64,000 nt of DNA, taken from contig LCDA01000002.1 in NCBI GenBank assembly GCA_000998275.1, positions 46,708 through 110,707 of the forward strand. The letters are read 5' to 3'. Of this stretch, positions 47,278-55,910 are shown piece after piece. Position numbers and translations under genes: made by a program. Position 1 is the first letter of the stretch. Each line of letters begins with the position of its first letter. The stretch is from Candidatus Collierbacteria bacterium GW2011_GWA2_42_17. Its GTDB lineage: Bacteria; Patescibacteriota; Microgenomatia; UBA1400; MFAQ01. Below the pieces are notes generated by a model, which saw only the letters and a list, made by a program, of their open reading frames with translations, was not told where the DNA came from and did no database searches.

Positions 47278-49263
47278 CTATTTTTCCCCCATCCTTCTCG
47301 TGGTCTTAATAAAAATAATAGAGGTCAGCATCACAATCCCTATGATTAGAAATAATATAAGCAACCAAGTTAACCACGATAGGTTCACATCAAGCACTTT
47401 TTGAACCGGCTCGGAAACAATAACCGTCAATCCATACTTCGAAAGCTTACTTGATCCGAATAAGGAATGTAGTCCTCTCCAGTTATATCCCTCCATATTT
47501 ACCGCGTTTGTTTTCCATAGATCGTAACTACCGTCAGCCTCATTCACCACTACCCCCAGTCTGTCGGCATTAGGGTGTACTACCATTTTTCCTCCCTCCC
47601 CAACCACAACGACTTCCTGTCCCAATGTACTATCACCTACCCTCTGGAGTTCACTTGATAGATTTACTCCTGAAACAGCCACAAATAAAACACCCGATAC
47701 CACATTTTTTGTGTTGACTGTCGGAACGGCAATCAAGAAAACGTCATCAACTCCCTCAATTAAATTTTCTAAGGCCATCGAAACATATGTTTTCCCAGTG
47801 TTTAGTGTTGAGTTAAAAAACTCAGCACCTGCAAAACTAGACGAGTTAAACATTGCCGAGGTTGGATAAGAGGCGATCGGTTCCCCATCTGCCTCAATTA
47901 CACCAGCGATAGCCACATCGGTTCTTCCTAAAGATAAAAACTTCAACTGGTCTGCAAGCTCTTTACTTTGCGAACGAACAAAGGCCTTAATAAACACTTC
48001 ATTCTTTGATAAATCAGTCACTCCTTGTGTCAAACCATCGATGGTTCTTGATAACTCCACCCTGGCAAAATCGGCCTTTTCAGAAAGTCCTCGGTTTGCA
48101 TTACTGATTAAAGTTCCCTGAACCACAGCAATCATCAAAATCACCAATATGAAGCACATGAGAACTGAACCAAAAACTTTAAACACCAAGGTGCGCTCTG
48201 AAACCAACCTGGCCTTAAACGAGTCCCAGGATGGCAAAACCATACCTATTAAACCTGCGATTAGAGTCGCAAAGAACCTTGACCAATAATTCTCTATACC
48301 GTAATAGAGTGCCAAACTACAAAGTATCAATCCATAAGCAAACGAAATACTCTTCAGAAATCTCTTGTTCCAAAAAAATCCATAAAGACCGAAGGCAATC
48401 AGTACCAATATTAACAGGCTTAAAAGCCATCCTAAACCACCAAATACCGACTTTAATCCCAAAGTTACTACTGACAGGTCTGAGCCGTCAGGAAAAAAGT
48501 TTAAAGCAATAAACACACTAATTAGTAATCCAAAAATATATAGCATATACAAAGTTGAAGACTCAACTTCGCTCAAAGCCTCAATCAAAATCACCAAACC
48601 AAACAAGCCGTGAATCAAAAAACCGTCAATGTCTCCTCCTGAAAACAAAACTACCGCTAACCCCAAAAAGGTAGCCCCCAAAAAATATCGGAAAATATTT
48701 GTCAGGTTCACTGTACGTCCAACCTCTTCTTGAATCATCGAAGCTAGAATCAAACCAAACCCTCCAAATATCATTCCCAAACGAACTGGATTTAACCAAA
48801 GAGACAGTCTTCCTAGGGATAAAACATCCTGTTGGTTAGAGTACAAAAACAGAGACATTCCCAAAACAATAGATGTCAGGCTTATTAACCAGTCAAACAG
48901 CGTCGGAAATCCTACTCTTTCCACCAACCACAGTCTCATCGTATGCAAAAAAGACTCTCCACTCAGATCCGACAGACTTTTTCCTGGTCTCGGTGTTGGT
49001 AATAATGCGCTAGGTAATACATCTTGTTGTGATAATATCGCTACTCCTTCTTTTTTACTCGTGGTAGGTTTTTCTTTGGACTCGATTATTTCTCCTTCAC
49101 CCTTGTTGCCTTCAAACTTCTTAATTTCCAGCTCTGGAATTCTAAATTTTCCCTTACCGATTCTGACGGAATTTATCAAACCCTCTTTCAAAAAACCATA
49201 GATGCTATTTGTTGAGTAACCAAGAATCTTGGCGGTCTCTGAAACCGAGTATGTTTTCTTCAT
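47278..49263 (-). CDS. Membrane protein with an N-terminal excisionase/MerR-like HTH, about 10 TM helices, a C-terminal extracytoplasmic Cache-like domain and a final TM (661 aa)
   Basis: N-terminus MKKTYSVSETAKILGYSTNSIYGFLKEGLINSVRIGKGKFRIP (HTH_17-like). A long hydrophobic core. The C-terminal soluble region resembles a Cache/sensor domain, followed by WLTWLLILFLIIGIVMLTSIIFI. Confidence 0.65.
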   Translation of the reverse strand: MKKTYSVSETAKILGYSTNSIYGFLKEGLINSVRIGKGKFRIPELEIKKFEGNKGEGEIIESKEKPTTSKKEGVAILSQQDVLPSALLPTPRPGKSLSDLSGESFLHTMRLWLVERVGFPTLFDWLISLTSIVLGMSLFLYSNQQDVLSLGRLSLWLNPVRLGMIFGGFGLILASMIQEEVGRTVNLTNIFRYFLGATFLGLAVVLFSGGDIDGFLIHGLFGLVILIEALSEVESSTLYMLYIFGLLISVFIALNFFPDGSDLSVVTLGLKSVFGGLGWLLSLLILVLIAFGLYGFFWNKRFLKSISFAYGLILCSLALYYGIENYWSRFFATLIAGLIGMVLPSWDSFKARLVSERTLVFKVFGSVLMCFILVILMIAVVQGTLISNANRGLSEKADFARVELSRTIDGLTQGVTDLSKNEVFIKAFVRSQSKELADQLKFLSLGRTDVAIAGVIEADGEPIASYPTSAMFNSSSFAGAEFFNSTLNTGKTYVSMALENLIEGVDDVFLIAVPTVNTKNVVSGVLFVAVSGVNLSSELQRVGDSTLGQEVVVVGEGGKMVVHPNADRLGVVVNEADGSYDLWKTNAVNMEGYNWRGLHSLFGSSKLSKYGLTVIVSEPVQKVLDVNLSWLTWLLILFLIIGIVMLTSIIFIKTTRRMGEK

Positions 49264-49427
49264 GATTTATATATTTGTAACAATTTTCACAAATCCCTAC
49301 AATCACTCTAAGGTAAAAAACAACATCTGTCAAATCAGAAACCCTCTCCCTCTACGTACGGGTCCCAGCTCTGGAGTATTTTGTGTTAAAATACCAGTTG
49401 CTTCATATCAATACCAAAGACTAAAAC

Positions 49428-49601
49428 ATGGCAAAAAAAGGACCAAGACAAAGTATGGGTTTAAAATGCTCCAAATGCGGGCACTTCAACTATATCTCTG
49501 AACGAAACAAAACCAACACCCCCGAAAAACTTGTCATCAGCAAGTACTGCCGTACCTGTCGTGAGCATACCGACCATAAAGAGGTTTCCAAATTAAAGTA
49601 A
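49428..49601 (+). CDS. rpmG: 50S ribosomal protein L33; absent from the ORF track because it is under 60 aa
   Basis: Hand translation gives MAKKGPRQSMGLKCSKCGHFNYISERNKTNTPEKLVISKYCRTCREHTDHKEVSKLK, i.e. the L33 C4 zinc ribbon and KYC..C..HT.HKE motif. The rpmG-tRNA-Trp-secE-nusG context is classic. Confidence 0.9.
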   Translation: MAKKGPRQSMGLKCSKCGHFNYISERNKTNTPEKLVISKYCRTCREHTDHKEVSKLK

Positions 49602-49727
49602 TCCTTCTTCTCTTGTTTTCAACTCTTCCCTATTTATTAGGTAATTTTTTGCACCACTGCATCAAACTGATATATAATCCATCATCTGAACTAAGTTCTG
49701 TACTTTGAATTTAATGGGGAGGCAGCG

Positions 49728-50285
49728 ATGTCATACTGGATATGCTACGAAAACTTGGACCGAACAAGCGGTCATTCGGGTATTCGAGGTCGGGATAATC
49801 TAGAAAGTAAATCCGTGTCTCGACGAAAAGATAGTGTAAAAGAATACCGAAAAAACCCCAACAAGCGGATCATCGCAGAAGGAATTACTCACGATGAGGC
49901 TCTGAACTTAATGGCCCTCACGCCGGAAATCTGTCGACTAACCACCACCGTCGATGATATCTTCGGTCAGTTCAACAGGATTGATAAAGAAACTAAAAAC
50001 GTTATCTCCTTCCTGTTCGACGCCTACGAACAAATCATCGAAGATCGAAAACTCAAAGAAAAAGCCGGTATTACTCCGACAGGAAACTATCTTGATGTTT
50101 TTGTCGATGTCCACTCGGGCAATACGGGGAAATATCTCATCTTTCGCAAGATGAACACTCTTTTTGATGTCCTTCCGGACGGAACCATCGTCGATCTCAA
50201 AGAAGCCATTTTGGCTTTAGGTAAGGAAATCATGGCTGTCGCCCTTGAAAATCAAATTACCATCTGGAATGAAGAAAATAACTAG
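49728..50285 (+). CDS. Hypothetical protein, paralog A (185 aa)
   Basis: Homologous to 50507..51016 (MSYW/MSYY start; IIAEGITHDEALNLMALTPEICRLTTTVDDI against VIAEGISEGKSYQIIQLTPEICLLTAAIEKI). Followed by a terminator. Confidence 0.55.
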   Translation: MSYWICYENLDRTSGHSGIRGRDNLESKSVSRRKDSVKEYRKNPNKRIIAEGITHDEALNLMALTPEICRLTTTVDDIFGQFNRIDKETKNVISFLFDAYEQIIEDRKLKEKAGITPTGNYLDVFVDVHSGNTGKYLIFRKMNTLFDVLPDGTIVDLKEAILALGKEIMAVALENQITIWNEENN

Positions 50286-50292
50286 CTTACAA

Positions 50293-50315
50293 ACCCCGCC
50301 TCAGCGGGGTTTTTA
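50293..50315 (+). terminator. Rho-independent terminator (ccccgc-ctca-gcgggg + T5)
   Basis: Seen directly downstream of paralog A. Confidence 0.8.
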
Positions 50316-50430
50316 GTGCCAAGGAAACCCCGGACCAATGCGAGGCGAAATCCGAGTCTGTCCGGAAAGGACGTCATTTATACCCACGATCTAGTCGTAA
50401 CGGCCACTGTTCCGAAATAATTCATTCAAA

Positions 50431-50452
50431 TCCGCCAATCGGCGGGTTTTTG
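50431..50452 (+). terminator. Rho-independent terminator (ccgcc-aatc-ggcgg + T5); the same hairpin as at 51024
   Basis: Hairpin plus T-tract inside the paralog A-B intergenic region. Confidence 0.7.
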
Positions 50453-50506
50453 TATCTAAGGTGTATAATCCACACCAAAGAACCTTAAATTTCAAAGGAG
50501 AAAATC

Positions 50507-51016
50507 ATGTCATATTACGTTGTCTTTGAGTACACAACCAAAGCCGGAGGATACGCAGGGATACGAACAGCGATTGATTACCAAAACAAGGAGAATTTTA
50601 CTCTCCTCAACCCTACTTTAAACGGCCTATCTACAGTCATTGCTGAGGGTATATCAGAAGGAAAGTCCTACCAAATAATTCAACTCACCCCAGAAATATG
50701 TCTTCTAACGGCTGCTATCGAAAAAATTGATCTCGCCACCAATGGCAGTTTCAACTTTGATAAAAGTCACGGTTTTCTACGAGAAGCATGGGAAACAATC
50801 TACAACAATCGTTTGAATAACAAGGCTGACGGTCTTGTTGTAAAACCTGACTTTCAAGTGGTTGAACCCACTCAAGAATATTCCAATAAAAACCATCTCA
50901 TGATATTTGTCAAAAACAAATTTACCAACACCGACGGGTCAATTGACGATAATCTTCAAATCGCTATCATGGACATTGAAGGTGAAATATACAAAATGAC
51001 TGAAACAAAGCACTAG
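50507..51016 (+). CDS. Hypothetical protein, paralog B (169 aa)
   Basis: RBS ggagaaaatcATG. Paralogous to 49728..50285. Confidence 0.55.
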   Translation: MSYYVVFEYTTKAGGYAGIRTAIDYQNKENFTLLNPTLNGLSTVIAEGISEGKSYQIIQLTPEICLLTAAIEKIDLATNGSFNFDKSHGFLREAWETIYNNRLNNKADGLVVKPDFQVVEPTQEYSNKNHLMIFVKNKFTNTDGSIDDNLQIAIMDIEGEIYKMTETKH

Positions 51017-51023
51017 ACACAAA

Positions 51024-51045
51024 CCCGCCAATCGGCGGGTTTTTT
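51024..51045 (+). terminator. Rho-independent terminator (cccgcc-aatc-ggcggg + T6)
   Basis: Seen directly downstream of paralog B. Confidence 0.8.
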
Positions 51046-51076
51046 ATGCTCAATCTGCTAAAATACGTATAACCCT

Positions 51077-51147
51077 AGGGGTGTAGTTCAATGGTAGAAT
51101 CCGGGTCTCCAAAACCTGTGATGAAGGTCCGATTCCTTCCACCCCTG
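51077..51147 (+). tRNA. tRNA-Trp (anticodon CCA); 3' CCA not encoded
   Basis: Acceptor AGGGGTG/CACCCCT, D-stem GTTC/GAAT, anticodon loop CTCCAAA, T-arm GAAGG-TCCGATT-CCTTC. 71 nt. Confidence 0.85.
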
Positions 51148-51215
51148 CAAATTATTTAGCCTCAAAAAACTATATCAGACTATCCTAGACCCTGAGGGAA
51201 TACTGAACATTGAAG

Positions 51216-51770
51216 CTATTTCTTACTAAAAATCTTTTCAAATTCTGAGATTCCTTTAAGAGTGGCCAAGTCGATAATCAAAGCTTTAGCATCTTCTATA
51301 CTTTTCCAGCCAGTTGTATAAAACTCCGTATCTAATAAAGCTTGGTCAGGTTTAAAATCCACCTCCGAGAGAGGAATAAAATACCAAATATCAAAATGTT
51401 GCTTACATTTTATTGTCGGGTGTTGAATTGGATTTATTGTCAGCAATTTTGGCTTACCAATACTTTGTAAATCCACCTTTACGACACCCCACTCTTCACC
51501 CATTTCTCTTTCCAGAGCTTCTTCAGGAATCTCCCCTTTATCTATATGACCACCATTAAAAAGCCAAAGACCTGACTTCTTGTGGTGTCCAACAAAAACT
51601 TTTCCTGCTTCGCGGTCAAAACCTGCAAAACAAACACAAAAATGAGAGTGTGGATTTTCGTCTCTGGTTAGTTCACCCTCTTTAGCTCTACTTATATATT
51701 CTGAGGCAACGGGCGAAGCTGGATGTTCCGAAGCGATTTCATTTATCCTTTCGGCAAGTCTTTCGGTCAT
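51216..51770 (-). CDS. NUDIX hydrolase
   Basis: Nudix box GGHIDKGEIPEEALEREMGEEWGV (GX5EX7REUXEEXGU). 184 aa. Confidence 0.8.
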   Translation of the reverse strand: MTERLAERINEIASEHPASPVASEYISRAKEGELTRDENPHSHFCVCFAGFDREAGKVFVGHHKKSGLWLFNGGHIDKGEIPEEALEREMGEEWGVVKVDLQSIGKPKLLTINPIQHPTIKCKQHFDIWYFIPLSEVDFKPDQALLDTEFYTTGWKSIEDAKALIIDLATLKGISEFEKIFSKK

Positions 51771-51939
51771 AACGTAATTTTAACTTTTCAATATATTGAA
51801 AGCAATTACTGGTTGAGGAGCAATAAAGGTTTCCAGAAAGTATATGCCAATGCATGATATGCGAAGAATTTTTTTGTTTATTATGGTTACGAAGGAATCA
51901 AAACTGTAATTAATATTACTTTTCTGCTAGGATTTAGGT

Positions 51940-52860
51940 ATGATCGAGTCCTTATTCTTCACCTCCTCAGACGATTCAAATCTGGCTCAAAACATCATTG
52001 CTACCGTTCCCCTTCTACGCCAAGGGAGGTATCGCTTTGGTCACTTTATTGATGGCGAAGTCATGTTCTATCTCGACGAACCGGTCAAGGGCAAGCGCTG
52101 TTTTGTCCTTGGACATACCGGACCTCCCGCCGACAACCTCCTCTCCATGTTTACCATCGTCAACACCCTCAAGCTCAACGGTGCTAAATCCATAGTTTCG
52201 GTCATCCCCTATCTCGGTTACGCCAGATCCGACCGTGACAAACCCCTACAACCTATAAACTCCAGACTGTTTGCTGGTTTCCTCAAACAGGCTGGTGCTT
52301 CCAAAGTCATCTGCCTTGATCTTCATAGCGAACTAAACAAAAGACACTTTACCATCCCCATCACCCATCTCTCTGCTCTACCTCTCATGGCTGACATCTA
52401 TCAATCATTGAGTATTCCCAACTTGACCATTGCCACTCCGGATCTCGGTGGTTTGAATCGTGCCAAACTTTTTGCCAAAGCTATGGGGATCAAAGACATC
52501 GTTGTCATCGAAAAATATCGTCCCTCCGTCCAAAGCGCTGTCTCTTTAAAAATTACAGGCGACGTTAACAATAAAAATGTCATTCTGGTAGATGACATGA
52601 TTCAAACGGGTGGTACTCTTCTCGCCGCCGCCAATCTTCTACGATCTAGAGGAGCCAAAGATCTCTACGTCGCCGTCACTCACTGCATCTATCAGAGTAA
52701 AGGTATCAATCTACTAACTTCTACATCACTTTTTAAGAAAATCCTCATCACTAACTCTCAAGAACCAATCGAAAAACTTCCCCCTAAAGTCTATATTCTC
52801 GACATCTCTCCGCTCCTCTCCAAAGCTATTGCCCGTATCACCTCTTCGTCCGTTACCTGA
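51940..52860 (+). CDS. prs: Ribose-phosphate pyrophosphokinase (PRPP synthetase)
   Basis: Motifs YLGYARSDRD (consensus YxGYARQDRK) and the PRPP-binding VILVDDMIQTGGTL. Confidence 0.85.
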   Translation: MIESLFFTSSDDSNLAQNIIATVPLLRQGRYRFGHFIDGEVMFYLDEPVKGKRCFVLGHTGPPADNLLSMFTIVNTLKLNGAKSIVSVIPYLGYARSDRDKPLQPINSRLFAGFLKQAGASKVICLDLHSELNKRHFTIPITHLSALPLMADIYQSLSIPNLTIATPDLGGLNRAKLFAKAMGIKDIVVIEKYRPSVQSAVSLKITGDVNNKNVILVDDMIQTGGTLLAAANLLRSRGAKDLYVAVTHCIYQSKGINLLTSTSLFKKILITNSQEPIEKLPPKVYILDISPLLSKAIARITSSSVT

Positions 52861-53435
52861 GGAAAGTTTCTATAATATGCCCCTACTGCTCCTCGATAAT
52901 CCTTATCGATATTCAAACAAACTATCTCCTCCACCACTCCTTTAAGTTTTTCTTCAAACTCCGCTGGCATCATTGGCAAAGCTGCAATGATTTTATGTGG
53001 GTTTTTACTTCGCAGTTCTTCAATGGCCATCAAGTAAGTCAATCCCGTGGCCACTCCATCATCAACCAAAATTACCGTTTTCCCTTTAACACTCAGATCT
53101 TTCCTTCCCCGAAGATACAGCTTCTCTCTCCTTTCAATCTCCTGTTTTTCTCTCTCCACCTCTTTCTTTAACCAATTTTGATCAAGTCGGTTCTTTTCCT
53201 CCTCCGTACACCGTAACCCGCTCTTGGAAACCGCACAGACCGCATACTCCCTGTTATAAGGATGTCCGATCTTCCGCACCAATACAAGCCCCAAGGGAAA
53301 CTTTAACTCACGGGCAATTACCTCCGCCAAAATCACTCCGCCACGAGGGATCGCCACTAAAACACAGTCTTCTTTTTGAAACTTTACCAAGCTCAAGGCC
53401 AATCTTTTACCAGCATCTACCCTGTCGTCAAACAT
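52791..53435 (-). CDS. Type I phosphoribosyltransferase-domain protein
   Basis: PRPP-binding motif VILVDDGVATGLT. 214 aa. Its 3' end overlaps prs by 70 nt; the genes are convergent. Confidence 0.7.
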   Translation of the reverse strand: MFDDRVDAGKRLALSLVKFQKEDCVLVAIPRGGVILAEVIARELKFPLGLVLVRKIGHPYNREYAVCAVSKSGLRCTEEEKNRLDQNWLKKEVEREKQEIERREKLYLRGRKDLSVKGKTVILVDDGVATGLTYLMAIEELRSKNPHKIIAALPMMPAEFEEKLKGVVEEIVCLNIDKDYRGAVGAYYRNFPQVTDEEVIRAIALERSGEMSRI

Positions 53436-53470
53436 ACTACCTCCAGTATATACAAAACTCCACTAATTCA

Positions 53471-54715
53471 TCAAAGCTCCGTCATCCCCAACGCCTCCGG
53501 TATACGCACGTTTTTCGGTACCACCACAAACATTAATCTTTTTTCATAAACATACTTTTTGCTGCCATCTGGCAGCTTATCTACCCTGTCATCCCACCAA
53601 CGATTCAAGAACTGCTGAATCATATAAACTCGATCTTCCGCGTGATAATGACCGTATGGGTCCATCATTCGGATACTATCGTTTGCCCTATCCACATCCG
53701 TAACCACGCAGTAATGTCCGCTGTCACCTTTGCACATTTCCTCTTCATCTTCCATCTCTTCCCCTTCCTCGTCCGGATAGTCCTCATACGAATCACTCCC
53801 AAAAATTCCCTGCCAATCAACACCCACCGGATAGTTGTAAACACGTACCATCTGCTCGATGTCAAACAGGCTGGCATCTCGTTTCGCCCAAAGACGCATC
53901 CCGGGATAAGAATTTTTCACTGCCGTGGCCAAGAGCTCGATCGACATCCCGTTTTTTAAGGCTAATTCTCTTGTCGTTGCCGACTCGACCAGCTTATCCT
54001 GACTGGTCTCAATACCGTAATGCGACAACAAGATTTGCAAAGTAGCTGGACCACAAAAAGCCGGGTTCTCTTGACGAACTCTCGGTAAACTATCGATTGT
54101 CATTTTTTTCTCCAGCACCTCTTCCACTACCACTTCCTTGTCCATTACCAGATCTCTCTCCCACAAACCGTTATTTTCCAAATCAAAACCTCTAATCATC
54201 TTGAATCCTGCCTTCTCGGCCACCTTGATTGAGGGAATATTTCCGCTTTCAATCTCCGCCAACACTTTCAAACCATCCATCATCCACGGTTTCTTCTCCT
54301 GGAGGTATTCAAATACTAGCTTGCAACCAATTTCTATTGCTGGAGTAATCAAACCAGCCGGTGCTCCAGGACGCTTAGCATAGCTCATTTCCAACCTCCC
54401 CTGAACTATCTTTGATGGATAAAAATAAATAAAGCCGTGAACCCGACGATTAGCCACCTCTTCCGGCAAGTCGGCAATGGCAAACAAAAATGTATTTCCC
54501 TCACCTTTTTCGTCCATCCACTTTTGGTAATTCCAAATATTCAGGTTATCGACATTGTCCATCCATCTTTGCACCTCGGAACTCTCCACTATCTGGATCA
54601 GATCCCGCAAGTCACGACTGTCTTCACACTCAAAAAAGCGGACTACATAACCCTTTCCATCCTTCATAAAATACTTTTTGTCGCGATTCTCCATAACCCT
54701 GATTTTACCAAACAA
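53471..54715 (-). CDS. Fusion protein: an N-terminal GNAT-like domain plus a C-terminal papain-like C39_2-type peptidase domain (414 aa)
   Basis: The N-terminal about 200 aa are paralogous to 55911..56591 (GNAT-like). The C-terminus carries NPAFCGPATLQILLSHYG (a C39-like catalytic Cys context) and DSGHYCVV (candidate His), then an acidic linker. Confidence 0.55.
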   Translation of the reverse strand: MFGKIRVMENRDKKYFMKDGKGYVVRFFECEDSRDLRDLIQIVESSEVQRWMDNVDNLNIWNYQKWMDEKGEGNTFLFAIADLPEEVANRRVHGFIYFYPSKIVQGRLEMSYAKRPGAPAGLITPAIEIGCKLVFEYLQEKKPWMMDGLKVLAEIESGNIPSIKVAEKAGFKMIRGFDLENNGLWERDLVMDKEVVVEEVLEKKMTIDSLPRVRQENPAFCGPATLQILLSHYGIETSQDKLVESATTRELALKNGMSIELLATAVKNSYPGMRLWAKRDASLFDIEQMVRVYNYPVGVDWQGIFGSDSYEDYPDEEGEEMEDEEEMCKGDSGHYCVVTDVDRANDSIRMMDPYGHYHAEDRVYMIQQFLNRWWDDRVDKLPDGSKKYVYEKRLMFVVVPKNVRIPEALGMTEL

Positions 54716-54735
54716 TCGTCCCCTACCCGATCTGA

Positions 54736-55878
54736 CTAGATTGTTCTGGCGTATTTCGACAGTAAACTGGCCAAGACCTCATCAAAACTGATTCCATACA
54801 TCGCGAGCACCTCGGTAAATGGCAAGCCCATATCCGGACCAAAGGCTGTGTTCGGATTTGAGTCGGTGAAATATGGAATATTTGTCTCGGAATCCACACG
54901 CACATCAAACTTAGCATAGTCCTTGTGTTGCAAGCCACGGAAGGCACGAATTGCCAGTTGAGAAATTTTACTGGCCAAAGGTTCTTCCACACTTTTGTAG
55001 GTATAGGCTTTGATATCATCGTAAGACTCAAAGCTGGTGAAATAATGCTTTCCGTCCGTCTTTTTCCTAAATACTTTTTGGCCCATAAAAACACTCTTTT
55101 TTGCCCCGTCATCAAATACCACCACTGTTACCTCCGGTCCATCAATAAATTGTTCCACAATAACCGGGATCTTATACGTCGACACCATCTTATTCACCTT
55201 CCTCTGAGCGTCCTTAATCGTTTCCTTGACCGCATGGTTATCGATGCCTACACTTCCGCCACTTTCATTTAACTTGACAATTAAAGGCAGTCCCAAGTCA
55301 TCACGAATTGCCGTGTTTGATCTACGAATGAACTGAAACGCCGGAGTAGGAATGCCGTAGGCCATCAAAAGTCTCTTGGTCAAATTTCGATTATTTCCGA
55401 TCACCATCCCCTCCATACCGGCACCGGTATAGGGCAAGTTGGACAACTCCAAAGCTGCTGGTACCGATGTCTGCAGTCGATCCATCCCTTTTAGGGTGTC
55501 CACCAGGTTCAAAACTAACGAAGGCTTATCCACTAAAAGGTTAGTCAAGAAATATGGATCACCAGGTAGAGTTTTAACCTGGACACCCATTTTCTCAATC
55601 CTCTCGGCGACCTCTTTGGCTCTGTCTTCCACTTCCACCTCGGCATAATAAGCCTCTTCTGTCGGGAACATCTCTCTTTCAACGTGAGAATATGCCACTA
55701 CCACAAGACCAAGATTCTTTAGAGCCTCTTTGTCGACTCGAAGTCTTGGTTTTTTATGTGCTTTAGGTGTGATTGACTCCTGTTTTTCCTCTGACTTTAC
55801 CTCTTGCTCGTGAAGTTCTGCCTCTTTTAGTTGCCGTTCTTTCTTTTTTATTCCCAACAAATCTTTTATTCCAATCAT
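54736..55878 (-). CDS. ddl: D-alanine--D-alanine ligase-family ATP-grasp enzyme
   Basis: ATP-grasp motifs LIVKLNESGGSVG and YFTDSNPNTAFGPDMGLPF (Ddl C-terminal region). 380 aa with an N-terminal charged extension of about 45 aa. Confidence 0.7.
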   Translation of the reverse strand: MIGIKDLLGIKKKERQLKEAELHEQEVKSEEKQESITPKAHKKPRLRVDKEALKNLGLVVVAYSHVEREMFPTEEAYYAEVEVEDRAKEVAERIEKMGVQVKTLPGDPYFLTNLLVDKPSLVLNLVDTLKGMDRLQTSVPAALELSNLPYTGAGMEGMVIGNNRNLTKRLLMAYGIPTPAFQFIRRSNTAIRDDLGLPLIVKLNESGGSVGIDNHAVKETIKDAQRKVNKMVSTYKIPVIVEQFIDGPEVTVVVFDDGAKKSVFMGQKVFRKKTDGKHYFTSFESYDDIKAYTYKSVEEPLASKISQLAIRAFRGLQHKDYAKFDVRVDSETNIPYFTDSNPNTAFGPDMGLPFTEVLAMYGISFDEVLASLLSKYARTI

Positions 55879-55910
55879 GAATTCAGCTTAGCATTTTCCC
55901 CTGACTAAAA

